Below are positions 19,317 to 27,517 of a DNA stretch of 64,000 nucleotides, piece by piece. The stretch lies in the IMG/VR virus record IMGVR_UViG_3300017991_000060, positions 1 through 64,000 of that record; one strand, written 5' to 3'. Origin of the DNA: a virus. The notes below the pieces were generated by a model. That model worked only from the letters and a program-made list of their open reading frames with translations, made no database searches and was not told the origin of the DNA. A program made the translations under genes and the position numbers. Positions within the stretch are counted from its first letter, which is position 1. Each line of letters begins with the position of its first letter.

Positions 19317-19511
19317 TCATATCTCGCCCGCCTTCCTCATTCGCTTCAACATCTTCCCGGCCGCTTCGGGCTCCATGCCGGTGAACTCCTCCACATCGAC
19401 AACGAGGTCCTCCCAGGCATGTCGCCTTGACTCATGCTCATTCTGTAGGGCCTGCCACCGTCCGCGAATCCACGACTTCATCATCGCGAGGTTGAACTCG
19501 TCGGTGCCCAT
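19317..19511 (-). CDS. Small hypothetical protein
   Basis: ORF track; coupled. Confidence 0.55.
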   Translation of the reverse strand: MGTDEFNLAMMKSWIRGRWQALQNEHESRRHAWEDLVVDVEEFTGMEPEAAGKMLKRMRKAGEI

Positions 19512-19780
19512 CAGAAGTCCGTCATCGCTGCGCTGAAGTTGTCGCGGCTAGCGTCGCTCTCCAGCATGTGCCTCGGTACCCCTACGGCCTTGCCAATCTC
19601 GGTGAGCGCCTGCCTCGGCGGCACGTCCACCGGGGCTGGAAGGCGCTTCAGGCTGGCGGGGTCGTGGCAGCACTCGCCGGGTTCAACGGCGTCGGCGCGC
19701 GCCTGGGGGCACTCGATCAGCTCGCCGCGCTCGCGACACAGAACCCTACAGAACCCACCGCCCCAATGTCCACAAGGCAT
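19511..19780 (-). CDS. Cys-rich hypothetical protein ending FSAAMTDF
   Basis: GGAGGAG before ATG 19780, downstream of a promoter. Confidence 0.6.
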   Translation of the reverse strand: MPCGHWGGGFCRVLCRERGELIECPQARADAVEPGECCHDPASLKRLPAPVDVPPRQALTEIGKAVGVPRHMLESDASRDNFSAAMTDF

Positions 19781-19799
19781 AACGCCCTCCTCCCCGGCA

Positions 19800-19830
19800 A
19801 CAATACCAGGGCGGAGGGCGTATGTCAAAC
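19800..19830 (-). promoter_or_regulatory. sigma70-type promoter
   Basis: GT-TTGACA-N17-TATTGT. Confidence 0.8.
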
Positions 19831-19845
19831 GGTGTAGGGTCGGCG

Positions 19846-20150
19846 TCAGTCGGCGGGGGGCTCGGCCGGGGGGTCCTCGTCCGCCAACCCGGTCGCCTCC
19901 AGGATCTTCCCGAGGACCACCTGGGGAACGCCCAGGCCGCGGGCTGCATCCGCGATCTTCATCTTGCTTCGCTCGTGTTCGCCCCCGCCATGAAGATGGA
20001 CATAACCTGTACGACCCAGAAGTTGTCGGGGAGCTTGTCGGTGATGTAGGGGGCCGCGAGGACGAGCCCCGCGATCACGAGAAGGAGAAGGCTGAACTTC
20101 CCCTCGCTAGTCTGTAGTCCCGTCCTTCCGCCCTTCGTCTGCTCGCTCAT
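19846..20150 (-). CDS. Holin-like membrane protein split into two frames (19959-20150 and 19846-19962)
   Basis: GLQTSEGKFSLLLLVIAGLVLAAP plus a second hydrophobic segment; frames joined by an ATGA overlap. Confidence 0.4.
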
Positions 20151-20442
20151 CTCCGCCTCCAAGTTGCGCTTCATCGAACACGCGAATGATGTGCGTCCTC
20201 ATGCTTGCCGGACAAGTGCACTTGCCGCCGTTGCTCACGGCCGGACAGCCCTTCAAGTGCTCCCCCGTTTCCCTACGTCGGCCGACCTCCGCCGTGAGCT
20301 CGATGAAGAGCTTGAGGTTGATCGGCCGCGAGTCGTTCACCCGTTCCAGGATGCGCCGCCGGAGGGCCGGGTCATCCTTGATCTTCTGGAGGGCATATCT
20401 CCGTTGCCGCGCGAGCTGGGCTTCCAGTTCGGGGTGATCCAT
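20107..20442 (-). CDS. Hypothetical protein
   Basis: ORF track; H..CP..CTC. Confidence 0.6.
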   Translation of the reverse strand: MDHPELEAQLARQRRYALQKIKDDPALRRRILERVNDSRPINLKLFIELTAEVGRRRETGEHLKGCPAVSNGGKCTCPASMRTHIIRVFDEAQLGGGDERADEGRKDGTTD

Positions 20443-20445
20443 GCC

Positions 20446-20748
20446 CTACCTCTCTTCCTCGGCGTCTGCCTCAGCTACTCCGAACACCTCTTTCTGCCAA
20501 TCGATCTGGTCACGGAGGAGCGCCTCTACCTTCTCGCTGTAGCGCGTCTCCAACTTGCGTTCGCGAGCGTGCCAGGCGGCCCGGCACTTCTTGCACTCCT
20601 CGCGCTCCTTCAGGATGTGGCGAACGAGAAAGATGACAGCCACGATGCACAACGCCGGTACCCCGCCCTGGGTGATGATGTCAACCAGTCCGGCCGTTCC
20701 TCCGGTCGTTGTCGCATCTACCGTCGCTTGTGCCTGTGCCAGAATCAC
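20446..20748 (-). CDS. Holin-like single-TM protein
   Basis: QGGVPALCIVAVIFLVRHILKE followed by a charged coiled coil. Confidence 0.5.
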   Translation of the reverse strand: MILAQAQATVDATTTGGTAGLVDIITQGGVPALCIVAVIFLVRHILKEREECKKCRAAWHARERKLETRYSEKVEALLRDQIDWQKEVFGVAEADAEEER

Positions 20749-20966
20749 CGATACCTCCTAGACCTATCCGCATCCCCTAGTGTACTCGCAGCTAAGGCCC
20801 GCCGCTCATCGAACTCTCGTGCCAATGCGTCAACCGCTTCCCGCGGAAACGTCTGTAGGTGATCCGGCCTCAGCAAAACCCCCTTCCGCACGTACTCCCC
20901 GAGGAGGAGCTTAGAGCACGCGCCGAGCACGCAGGCCGCGTCGGCGTAGTGGATACGTTCCGTCAC
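20745..20966 (-). CDS. Small HTH-like protein
   Basis: GTG 20966; YADAACVLG...EYVRKGVL. Confidence 0.4.
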   Translation of the reverse strand: MTERIHYADAACVLGACSKLLLGEYVRKGVLLRPDHLQTFPREAVDALAREFDERRALAASTLGDADRSRRYR

Positions 20967-21367
20967 CTCACGCTGCGTGCAATGGACATCAGCTCGTACT
21001 GTAGGCCCTGGTCGGTGACTTCCTTGGACAACGCCGCGGCGTCCCAGGTGTTCCAGTTCACCGGCATCTCTTCGACGATCTTCACCACCTTCTTCGCCGT
21101 GGCGAGGTCGCGGATGTCGTGCATCATCCCGAGGCCGGTGGGAAGGTGCGTGAGCACCCAGTCCTTGGTCGCCCCGGTACCCCACGAGTGTAGGCCCCAC
21201 AAGCGGCCCTTACCCACGATGTGACCCTTCACCGTGCGCGGCCCGTCATCCTCCATGATCTTGAACGAACCGCGGCCGGCACGCTTCGGCTTGTTGAGCG
21301 GCTCCGTCATGGCCCGGCGCTTTCCGCCTCTCCGCCTCGCTTCGCTCATCTCGTACGTGAACCGCAT
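20963..21367 (-). CDS. Hypothetical protein with MRFTYEMSEA leader and HLPTG module
   Basis: AGGAGG RBS; WVLTHLPTG resembles WPVIHLPTG in 10502-11356. Confidence 0.75.
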   Translation of the reverse strand: MRFTYEMSEARRRGGKRRAMTEPLNKPKRAGRGSFKIMEDDGPRTVKGHIVGKGRLWGLHSWGTGATKDWVLTHLPTGLGMMHDIRDLATAKKVVKIVEEMPVNWNTWDAAALSKEVTDQGLQYELMSIARSVR

Positions 21368-21376
21368 GGCCGCCTC

Positions 21377-22174
21377 CTACTTCTTCGTCGGGTTGCCGAG
21401 GGCCGAACCGTACGAGCGGCCAACCTTGAGGAGCGTGTTGATGTCGAGTGGGACCACCAGGGACTTGAGCGTGAAGTTCGGGGTCGCGAGGAAGCCCTGC
21501 CCGAAGCGGTGGTGCCCATCGAGGATGTAGTCGTCGGAGCTCACGATGATGGTAGCACTCGTGGCGAGAAAGCCGCCGATTTCGGGCACGCCGAAGGCGA
21601 TGATCGACGCGATGCACTTGTCGAACCAAATCTCTCCCTGTAGAGGTTTCAGGGTCTTCACGGCGCGCATGACGACGGGGGCGCGGAGCTTGTCGTCGTT
21701 CGGGTCGCCGTCGCGCTGGCCGAGGACGGTCCACTCGATGTCACCGAACATGGGTGGGCTGGAGTGCTGCCACGGGAAGGGGTCGCCAGGAACGCACTGG
21801 GCGCACGCCATGTCCATGTCGGCGTGCGGGGAGAAGATGTCTACGTTTCCGGCGCGGATGTCCTGCTCGAACTGGCCGATGTCATCGGGCTCGATGACGG
21901 GCATCCGATCCCTGGGGATCGGGAGGGCGTGGCGCATCTTGGCCTTGAGCTGCGTGTAGTTCCGGTCGAAGTCTGGGAGCTCGGTGTCGAGGTCCAGGCC
22001 GACGGCCGAGAACATGCGCTCCGCCACCCGGCGCGCCTCCTGCGGCGACGTGGTGGCGACGTTGTGGGTGTAGCGACCCTTGTACCGCTTGAGATAGTCC
22101 TTGCCCCACGCCTCCTCCGCACTCGACCGCTCGACGATCATGGGGCCTTGGTACGACTCGTACGTGAACCGCAT
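21377..22174 (-). CDS. ParB/Sulfiredoxin-like domain protein with MRFTYE leader
   Basis: LKPLQGEIW; IIVSSDDYILDGHHR; GAGGAGGTG before ATG 22174. Confidence 0.75.
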   Translation of the reverse strand: MRFTYESYQGPMIVERSSAEEAWGKDYLKRYKGRYTHNVATTSPQEARRVAERMFSAVGLDLDTELPDFDRNYTQLKAKMRHALPIPRDRMPVIEPDDIGQFEQDIRAGNVDIFSPHADMDMACAQCVPGDPFPWQHSSPPMFGDIEWTVLGQRDGDPNDDKLRAPVVMRAVKTLKPLQGEIWFDKCIASIIAFGVPEIGGFLATSATIIVSSDDYILDGHHRFGQGFLATPNFTLKSLVVPLDINTLLKVGRSYGSALGNPTKK

Positions 22175-22233
22175 GGCTTCACCTCCTCGTGGTCCTGACA
22201 GAATAGCAAAAGGACCTGGCGGGAGGCGAGAAC

Positions 22234-22425
22234 CTACACCCGCTGGAGCCACTCGGCGGGCACGACGCGCTCCTCGCCGCGGGATCGAACGAGGAACATG
22301 GGGGCGTGCTTCTCCTTCGTGCAGTCCTCCACGACGGTCGCCTCACGCCGTCCGCCGGGCCGCGTCTCCGAGCCGGACAGGCGCAACCAGTTCACGACGA
22401 GGACCCGTTCGCCTACACGCCACAT
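22234..22425 (-). CDS. Small hypothetical protein
   Basis: ORF track. Confidence 0.45.
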   Translation of the reverse strand: MWRVGERVLVVNWLRLSGSETRPGGRREATVVEDCTKEKHAPMFLVRSRGEERVVPAEWLQRV

Positions 22426-23111
22426 CCGAAGCCTCTCAAGAGGTGGCCGACGATGACCGCTTCCATCGCCGTCACACGCGCCGGGTTCGTCGTGCGAAGG
22501 TTGATCCTCACGCTGCGGCTGTTCGCGTGCTCCCCGATGCTGTTGTCGATGCTGCCGGCCACCATCTCCTGGGACCAGTTCGAGGGTGGGTAAAACCGCG
22601 TGCGGTGGATCGCCATCGAGGAGACCATCTCGTCCACCGTGGCGGAGCGCCGCTCACCGAGCCACCTACGGCCGCGCTTCGCGACGACGGACACCGCGAC
22701 GCGATCCTCCAGGCGAAGGCCCCACAACCCAAGGATGTAGTCTCCTAGCGCGCTGCCGGGCGGCCCCTCCGCCACGATCTCCATGATGCACTGGGGGTGC
22801 GACTCAACGAACCCGAAGCCGTAGCACGCCGGGCAGTCCTTCACCTCCACGTCTCCGTCCCAACCCGGTGGGGGCACCTTCACACCGTTCTTCGTGGTGT
22901 CCCAACCGGCCGGGCACACGCTGCACGGCACGATGTCGGCCGCCGTGACTGGTGCGCCGTTCGCGCAGTCGTCACACCGCGCCCGCGCCTTCGGGAGCTT
23001 CGCGAGCTCGACGTAGTGCCCGCACTCCAGAGTGATCCCCCAAACCATCCCGCCATCAGGCGCCACCCTCGGCGTCGCCGCCTCGATCCGTCGTAGTGGC
23101 TTCCCTGCCAT
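22413..23111 (-). CDS. Cys-rich hypothetical protein
   Basis: LECGH, CDDC, CSVC, CPAC. Confidence 0.6.
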   Translation of the reverse strand: MAGKPLRRIEAATPRVAPDGGMVWGITLECGHYVELAKLPKARARCDDCANGAPVTAADIVPCSVCPAGWDTTKNGVKVPPPGWDGDVEVKDCPACYGFGFVESHPQCIMEIVAEGPPGSALGDYILGLWGLRLEDRVAVSVVAKRGRRWLGERRSATVDEMVSSMAIHRTRFYPPSNWSQEMVAGSIDNSIGEHANSRSVRINLRTTNPARVTAMEAVIVGHLLRGFGCGV

Positions 23112-23601
23112 CCCCGTATCCTTTCGGTGCCTCGGGCACGCAAGCCCGAACCACGCTGCACAGAAACCAGTCGATGCTCCCCACGACGTGGGCCACTTTC
23201 CCTAGCGCGTGGCGCGCGCCCTTGGCGTCACCGACGTACAAGGGCTCCGGCACTTTCTCAACGGTGTAGAACACCGCCGGAGCCCGCGACATCCCAACGT
23301 ACGCCGCCAGACGAAGGCGGCACTGGTCTGCGATCATCCGCGGCCGGACCCCACGGAGGTAGGGAACCATCACGTCCGGGTCCATCTCGCAGTCCCAGGC
23401 GAACTGCGCCGGGTCCTTTGCCTGGCGGCGCTCCTCTGCCCGGCCGCCCGGCGTCTCCAGGGATGGCCTAGCGATCCCGAAGCTCTGCACGAGCGTGCCG
23501 CTCTCACGCGGTTTGTCCTCTCGGATGTAGGGCATCGCGATGAAGGGCAGCGGCGCGCCTTCGAGCTCCACCATGCCGTCGTCGTCCAGGTCGTCAGTCA
23601 T
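23056..23601 (-). CDS. Hypothetical protein
   Basis: Start at MTDDL; coding-like codon use. Confidence 0.6.
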   Translation of the reverse strand: MTDDLDDDGMVELEGAPLPFIAMPYIREDKPRESGTLVQSFGIARPSLETPGGRAEERRQAKDPAQFAWDCEMDPDVMVPYLRGVRPRMIADQCRLRLAAYVGMSRAPAVFYTVEKVPEPLYVGDAKGARHALGKVAHVVGSIDWFLCSVVRACVPEAPKGYGDGREATTTDRGGDAEGGA

Positions 23602-24142
23602 CGAGTCCACCTTGGAGCAGCTCCGCGATGGTGTAGGCGTGGACCCGCCCGAACACATCGGCGTCGCCGCCGTCCCGGTGCTCCGCGAGGATGGCCGATG
23701 CCCCCAGGGAGGCCGCCTCAGCGCACACATCGTTCGGGTACGCGCTCGGGAGGACTCCGACGCTCATGGGGCACCCAAAGAACCCGGCCACCTCATACAA
23801 GCGCCGCGCATAGGTGCGGAGGAACCTCTCGTCCTGGTTCGAGCGGAGCAGCGCGATGTCCTCCCCCTGGAACCTGGGGTAGTCGTCCGGGAAGCTGTGC
23901 ACATCGAGCACGAGGGCGGGCCGCTCCTCCTCGACCACCTCCGCCACGCGGCGGCGGAACTGCGAGCCGCGCGACTCCGGCCGGTTCATGTCCGCGCGTT
24001 CGTACCTACAGCACCGGGAGATGAGAACCCGGCTCGCCACCCCGAGGTCCTGGAGTCCCTCGTGGATCGCCTTGGCAACGGCGGGGGCAGCGCGGTCGTT
24101 CTCCGGCGCGCCGTGGGGAACGGTGATGAGCACATCGAGCAT
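23594..24142 (-). CDS. N-formylglutamate amidohydrolase-like Zn hydrolase
   Basis: LITVPHG; DMNR; LVLDVHSFP; AAGGAGG RBS. Confidence 0.6.
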   Translation of the reverse strand: MLDVLITVPHGAPENDRAAPAVAKAIHEGLQDLGVASRVLISRCCRYERADMNRPESRGSQFRRRVAEVVEEERPALVLDVHSFPDDYPRFQGEDIALLRSNQDERFLRTYARRLYEVAGFFGCPMSVGVLPSAYPNDVCAEAASLGASAILAEHRDGGDADVFGRVHAYTIAELLQGGLDD

Positions 24143-24167
24143 GGCCTGGCCCTCCTTCGTCGCCAGT

Positions 24168-24500
24168 TTACTCGAACCCGTCGAGCATAGCATCGTGTAG
24201 GGCGGGCGGCTTCGGCCGCTTCGCCTCCACCGGACAGAAGCACTTGTCCGGGTATACGCACCGGCACGGCTCAGGAGGATCGGGGGCGGCCGGTCGCGCC
24301 TCAGCCTCGGCCAGCTTCTCCCGGAGCCACGCGATGTTCCGCTCGGAGTGCTTGATGGCTTCGTAGATGTGCGCCTTGAAGTGCTCGGGGCAGAGGTTGA
24401 CGGCCGAGGCAACACTGTGCCCCCACCCCCTGGGCATCTCCTCGGCCTCCACGGTGACGTGGCAGACGTAGCACCCCCAAGTCCTCATCCGTTCCTCCAC
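24168..24500 (-). CDS. Cys-containing hypothetical protein ending LHDAMLDGFE
   Basis: ORF track. Confidence 0.55.
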   Translation of the reverse strand: MEERMRTWGCYVCHVTVEAEEMPRGWGHSVASAVNLCPEHFKAHIYEAIKHSERNIAWLREKLAEAEARPAAPDPPEPCRCVYPDKCFCPVEAKRPKPPALHDAMLDGFE

Positions 24501-24727
24501 CTGTCCAGGAGGCGATGACCTTCCAGGAAGCGGGCGGCCTCGCTGCGCGTGAGCTGCTCGCAGAACAGCCGCCCCTCCTCATCATCACACTCGGCCCTGG
24601 TGTTCGCCGCATTGATGGCAGCGAGTACCGACGCGGCGCATTGGTGCCTGTTGTAGGTCTCGCCCACGTACAAACCGCATATCGGGCAATAGTCTTCTGG
24701 GCGATAGGTAGCGCCGCGTGTCCTCAT
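24485..24727 (-). CDS. Small zinc-finger-like hypothetical protein
   Basis: CPICG...HQC. Confidence 0.5.
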   Translation of the reverse strand: MRTRGATYRPEDYCPICGLYVGETYNRHQCAASVLAAINAANTRAECDDEEGRLFCEQLTRSEAARFLEGHRLLDRWRNG

Positions 24728-25494
24728 TAGAAGTCCGTCATGGCCGCGCCGAACGGGTCAGCCGCGATCTCCATGTGGCCGCCACCATCCTTGCGGCGCT
24801 GTAGGGGCGGCTCGGCGCGCTCGATCAGGCCGTGCTTCTCCGCAAGGGCGCGACGGTGGGGGAGGTCCTCGTTCGGGTGGAGGTGCCAGCCAGTGTCGTG
24901 CCCCCAGCACGTCCACCGCTCCCGCAGCCGGGTAGCGAAGAGCTCCAGGTAGGGGCCGCCGAACCGCTCCTCCAAGTAGTCTTGGATGTCCTCCGGCTTC
25001 TTGGAGTGCTTGCCGATGGGCGCATAGAACTGCTGGTCCTCGCCGCCGAGGAGGCCGATGGGCGTGCCGCTCGGGTCCCGCTTCATCGCTGGCTTCCCGC
25101 GGCGGCCGATCAGCACGAACTCCGAGCACCCCATCGTCCAGAACCCTACACCACGACGGATCTGGCCGGAGGTGGGCGAGGTCTTCACCCAGGGGATGCC
25201 GGTGACGTACTCGAAGCCCCAGACCTCCAGGAGACTCACGGCCTGGGGGAGCTTGGGCCAAGTGCCCCACTGGGCGAGGATGCAGTCCTCGGCCGCCCAC
25301 TCCTTCACCCGGAGCTGGCCGAGCTGCGCGAACGTCATCCCCGTGTAGTGAGCGCGGGCCGCGCCGTGCGCCTGGTTCGAGAAGTTCCGGTACCGCCAAG
25401 GGCAATCCACCACGATGACGCCGAAGCCGCCAGTGGGCGGGACGCCGTAGTAGGGGTGCTCGGGGTCGGTGCGTTCGAGCGGCGGCTTAGTCAT
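24727..25494 (-). CDS. MT-A70 family adenine methyltransferase
   Basis: VIVVDCPWRY; WGFEYVT..WVK; GFWTMGCSEFVLIGRRG; HSKKP; YLELFAT. Confidence 0.85.
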   Translation of the reverse strand: MTKPPLERTDPEHPYYGVPPTGGFGVIVVDCPWRYRNFSNQAHGAARAHYTGMTFAQLGQLRVKEWAAEDCILAQWGTWPKLPQAVSLLEVWGFEYVTGIPWVKTSPTSGQIRRGVGFWTMGCSEFVLIGRRGKPAMKRDPSGTPIGLLGGEDQQFYAPIGKHSKKPEDIQDYLEERFGGPYLELFATRLRERWTCWGHDTGWHLHPNEDLPHRRALAEKHGLIERAEPPLQRRKDGGGHMEIAADPFGAAMTDF

Positions 25495-25918
25495 CGAGGA
25501 GCGCCTCCCACTTCGCGTTGCGGCCGTCGGCCTCGGGCTTCGCCAAGGCGTACATCCAAGACGAGCGCCCCCGGACCGTCTCCACCTCGCCGGGAGTCCC
25601 GAGGACATCGTGGAGCTCCCGACGCGCGTGCTCCACGATCTCCGCCTTCAGGTGCTCCAAGCCAATCCGGTCGCAGAGCTCCAGGACGGCCTCGCTCTTG
25701 TGGAGCTCAGTACCAAGGCTCGTCTCCTTGAACTCCGCCACCTTCGCGACGAAGTAGGTCCTCAGCACCCCACACAGCACCTCCTCGGGGAGCTCGCCGG
25801 ACACGATCTCCGCGGCGCGGTCGAGCCCGGCGATGAGGCCGTGCGGGTCGCTGTCGTGCATGGCTTCCAGGTACGCGCGCGCGCCCTGGATCGCGTCGAT
25901 GATCTTCTGGCGGTCCAT
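25487..25918 (-). CDS. Hypothetical protein
   Basis: ORF track. Confidence 0.65.
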   Translation of the reverse strand: MDRQKIIDAIQGARAYLEAMHDSDPHGLIAGLDRAAEIVSGELPEEVLCGVLRTYFVAKVAEFKETSLGTELHKSEAVLELCDRIGLEHLKAEIVEHARRELHDVLGTPGEVETVRGRSSWMYALAKPEADGRNAKWEALLDD

Positions 25919-25919
25919 C

Positions 25920-26345
25920 CTACTCCTCCCCCGTGAGCCCGTTGGCTCTCAGCGTGCGCCAGACCACGGCCCGGCTCACGCCGAACTCGCGCTGGAGCTC
26001 CTTGTAGGTAGCGCCCTCCCGGCGGCGACGGCAGAGATCACGGATGCGGCCCTCGCTTCCGAGCTTCAGGCGCTTCGGCTCCGGCCGGATCGCGATGGGC
26101 ACCAGGTCACCCGGCCCTTTCCCCTTCACGATCTTCGCCACGTCGGCCACCGCCTCCGCGATGCCGCGCGTGCTGGCCCGCCGCCCGTTCCGCAATGCCT
26201 TCTCGGCGTAGGTTTCCACGGCCGGGAGGGCCGCTTTCACCATCGCCTTCGTGATGAACTCGATCAGCTCCTCCTGCGTCTTGGGGAGGTGAACCCCACC
26301 CTCTGGTGAGTAAGTAGGAATCTCGACTCGCTTCTTCCTTCCCAT
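25920..26345 (-). CDS. HTH DNA-binding protein
   Basis: GATYKELQREFGVSRAVVWRTL. Confidence 0.7.
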   Translation of the reverse strand: MGRKKRVEIPTYSPEGGVHLPKTQEELIEFITKAMVKAALPAVETYAEKALRNGRRASTRGIAEAVADVAKIVKGKGPGDLVPIAIRPEPKRLKLGSEGRIRDLCRRRREGATYKELQREFGVSRAVVWRTLRANGLTGEE

Positions 26346-26359
26346 CGCTCGCTCGCCTC

Positions 26360-26539
26360 CTAGATCATCCTCCGGTCCTTCTCCTCCAGGCGCGCTCCGA
26401 CCCGCACGAGGAAGAAGTGCATAGTGCGCGCCTGCTCGCTCGGCAGCGCACCAAGGTCAACGTCTCGGACGTTGACGCCCACTTCGTTCCCCAGGCGGAG
26501 CAGGAGTGCCTGTAGGAGCTGCTTCTCTCTGTCAGTCAT
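26360..26539 (-). CDS. Small hypothetical protein
   Basis: GGAGGT before ATG 26539, right after a promoter. Confidence 0.6.
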   Translation of the reverse strand: MTDREKQLLQALLLRLGNEVGVNVRDVDLGALPSEQARTMHFFLVRVGARLEEKDRRMI

Positions 26540-26555
26540 CGTGACCTCCGCTCCT

Positions 26556-26586
26556 AAGTTACCATGCCACGCGCGGTCTGTCAAAC
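26556..26586 (-). promoter_or_regulatory. sigma70-type promoter
   Basis: GT-TTGACA-N17-TAACTT. Confidence 0.75.
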
Positions 26587-26601
26587 ATCCAGTACAAGGA
26601 G

Positions 26602-26622
26602 ACGGGGGCCAACGGCCCCCGT
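26602..26622 (-). terminator. Intrinsic terminator-like hairpin
   Basis: ACGGGGGCC-AAC-GGCCCCCGT perfect 9-bp stem between a stop (26627) and the next promoter. Confidence 0.65.
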
Positions 26623-26626
26623 TACC

Positions 26627-26866
26627 CTACTCGCCGGTTTCGTCGGTATTGCGCTCGCGCTTCCGCCTGGAGAACGAGGTGCGTTTCGCCTTCTCCTTCG
26701 CGAACACGCCGCCGCGGCGGTACTCCACGGCGAAGTCGGCCAGCGCCTTCTCCGCCTCCGCCTCGGAGGCGAACGTCTTGCTCGAACCGTCGGGGTAAGT
26801 CACTTGGACCGGGCCTTGAAGGGTCGGCGCGCCAGCCGCCTTCGCTGCCTCAGCAATCTTGCCCAT
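26627..26866 (-). CDS. Small hypothetical protein
   Basis: Start MGKIAEAAK after GAGGAG. Confidence 0.6.
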   Translation of the reverse strand: MGKIAEAAKAAGAPTLQGPVQVTYPDGSSKTFASEAEAEKALADFAVEYRRGGVFAKEKAKRTSFSRRKRERNTDETGE

Positions 26867-27132
26867 TCGCCTTCGCTCCTCTTCTGCTTCGTGGCGTGGT
26901 AGACGATGCCACCGCCGCCGCATTGATCTCCGAACGCCTCCGTCCTTCGGCGGCGCTCCTCCGTCCGCACGAGGAAGCCCTCGCGCACGAGTCGCTGCAC
27001 GAACCGCCAGGCCGTAGGCTGGGGCACGTCCAGATATTCGACCAACTCCGGCACGATAAGACCACGCCTCCGCGCGGCGAGCCAACACGCCACGGGGATG
27101 CCGGAATCCCCGATGCGCTCGGGCCTAGCCAC
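26800..27132 (-). CDS. Winged-HTH (MarR-like) protein
   Basis: VPELVEYLDVPQPTAWRFVQRLVREGFL. Confidence 0.6.
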   Translation of the reverse strand: MARPERIGDSGIPVACWLAARRRGLIVPELVEYLDVPQPTAWRFVQRLVREGFLVRTEERRRRTEAFGDQCGGGGIVYHATKQKRSEGEWARLLRQRRRLARRPFKARSK

Positions 27133-27517
27133 CCCTACCTCTCGGCGGGGTCGTGGCCGCAGTGTAAGCCAGGTTCATGAACGTCCGCACCGACGCGGCC
27201 ACGTCTCCGTCGGGGTGGACGACTCCGTTGTCCTGGAGGACCCTACACGCACGGCGGACATGCGGAGCGTCGGGGAGCCCGGACATCTCGATCCAGGCCG
27301 CGGTGGGGTCCGGCTCGATCCGCGCCCACAACCACCTTAGTCGGAGGTGGGCCGGGGTGTCTGGTGGGCACTCCTCATCCGGGTCCTCGTCCTCCTGGAG
27401 CTGCATGGAGGTCCACGCCGCCACAAGCTGTAGGTGGATCGGGTTCGCCTTCACCATCGTGAAGGTCGGGCCGTCGTCGCGTTCCTTCAGGCTCAGGAGG
27501 ATGTCGGATGCCTTCAT
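27125..27517 (-). CDS. Hypothetical protein
   Basis: ORF track; coupled. Confidence 0.6.
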   Translation of the reverse strand: MKASDILLSLKERDDGPTFTMVKANPIHLQLVAAWTSMQLQEDEDPDEECPPDTPAHLRLRWLWARIEPDPTAAWIEMSGLPDAPHVRRACRVLQDNGVVHPDGDVAASVRTFMNLAYTAATTPPRGRGG

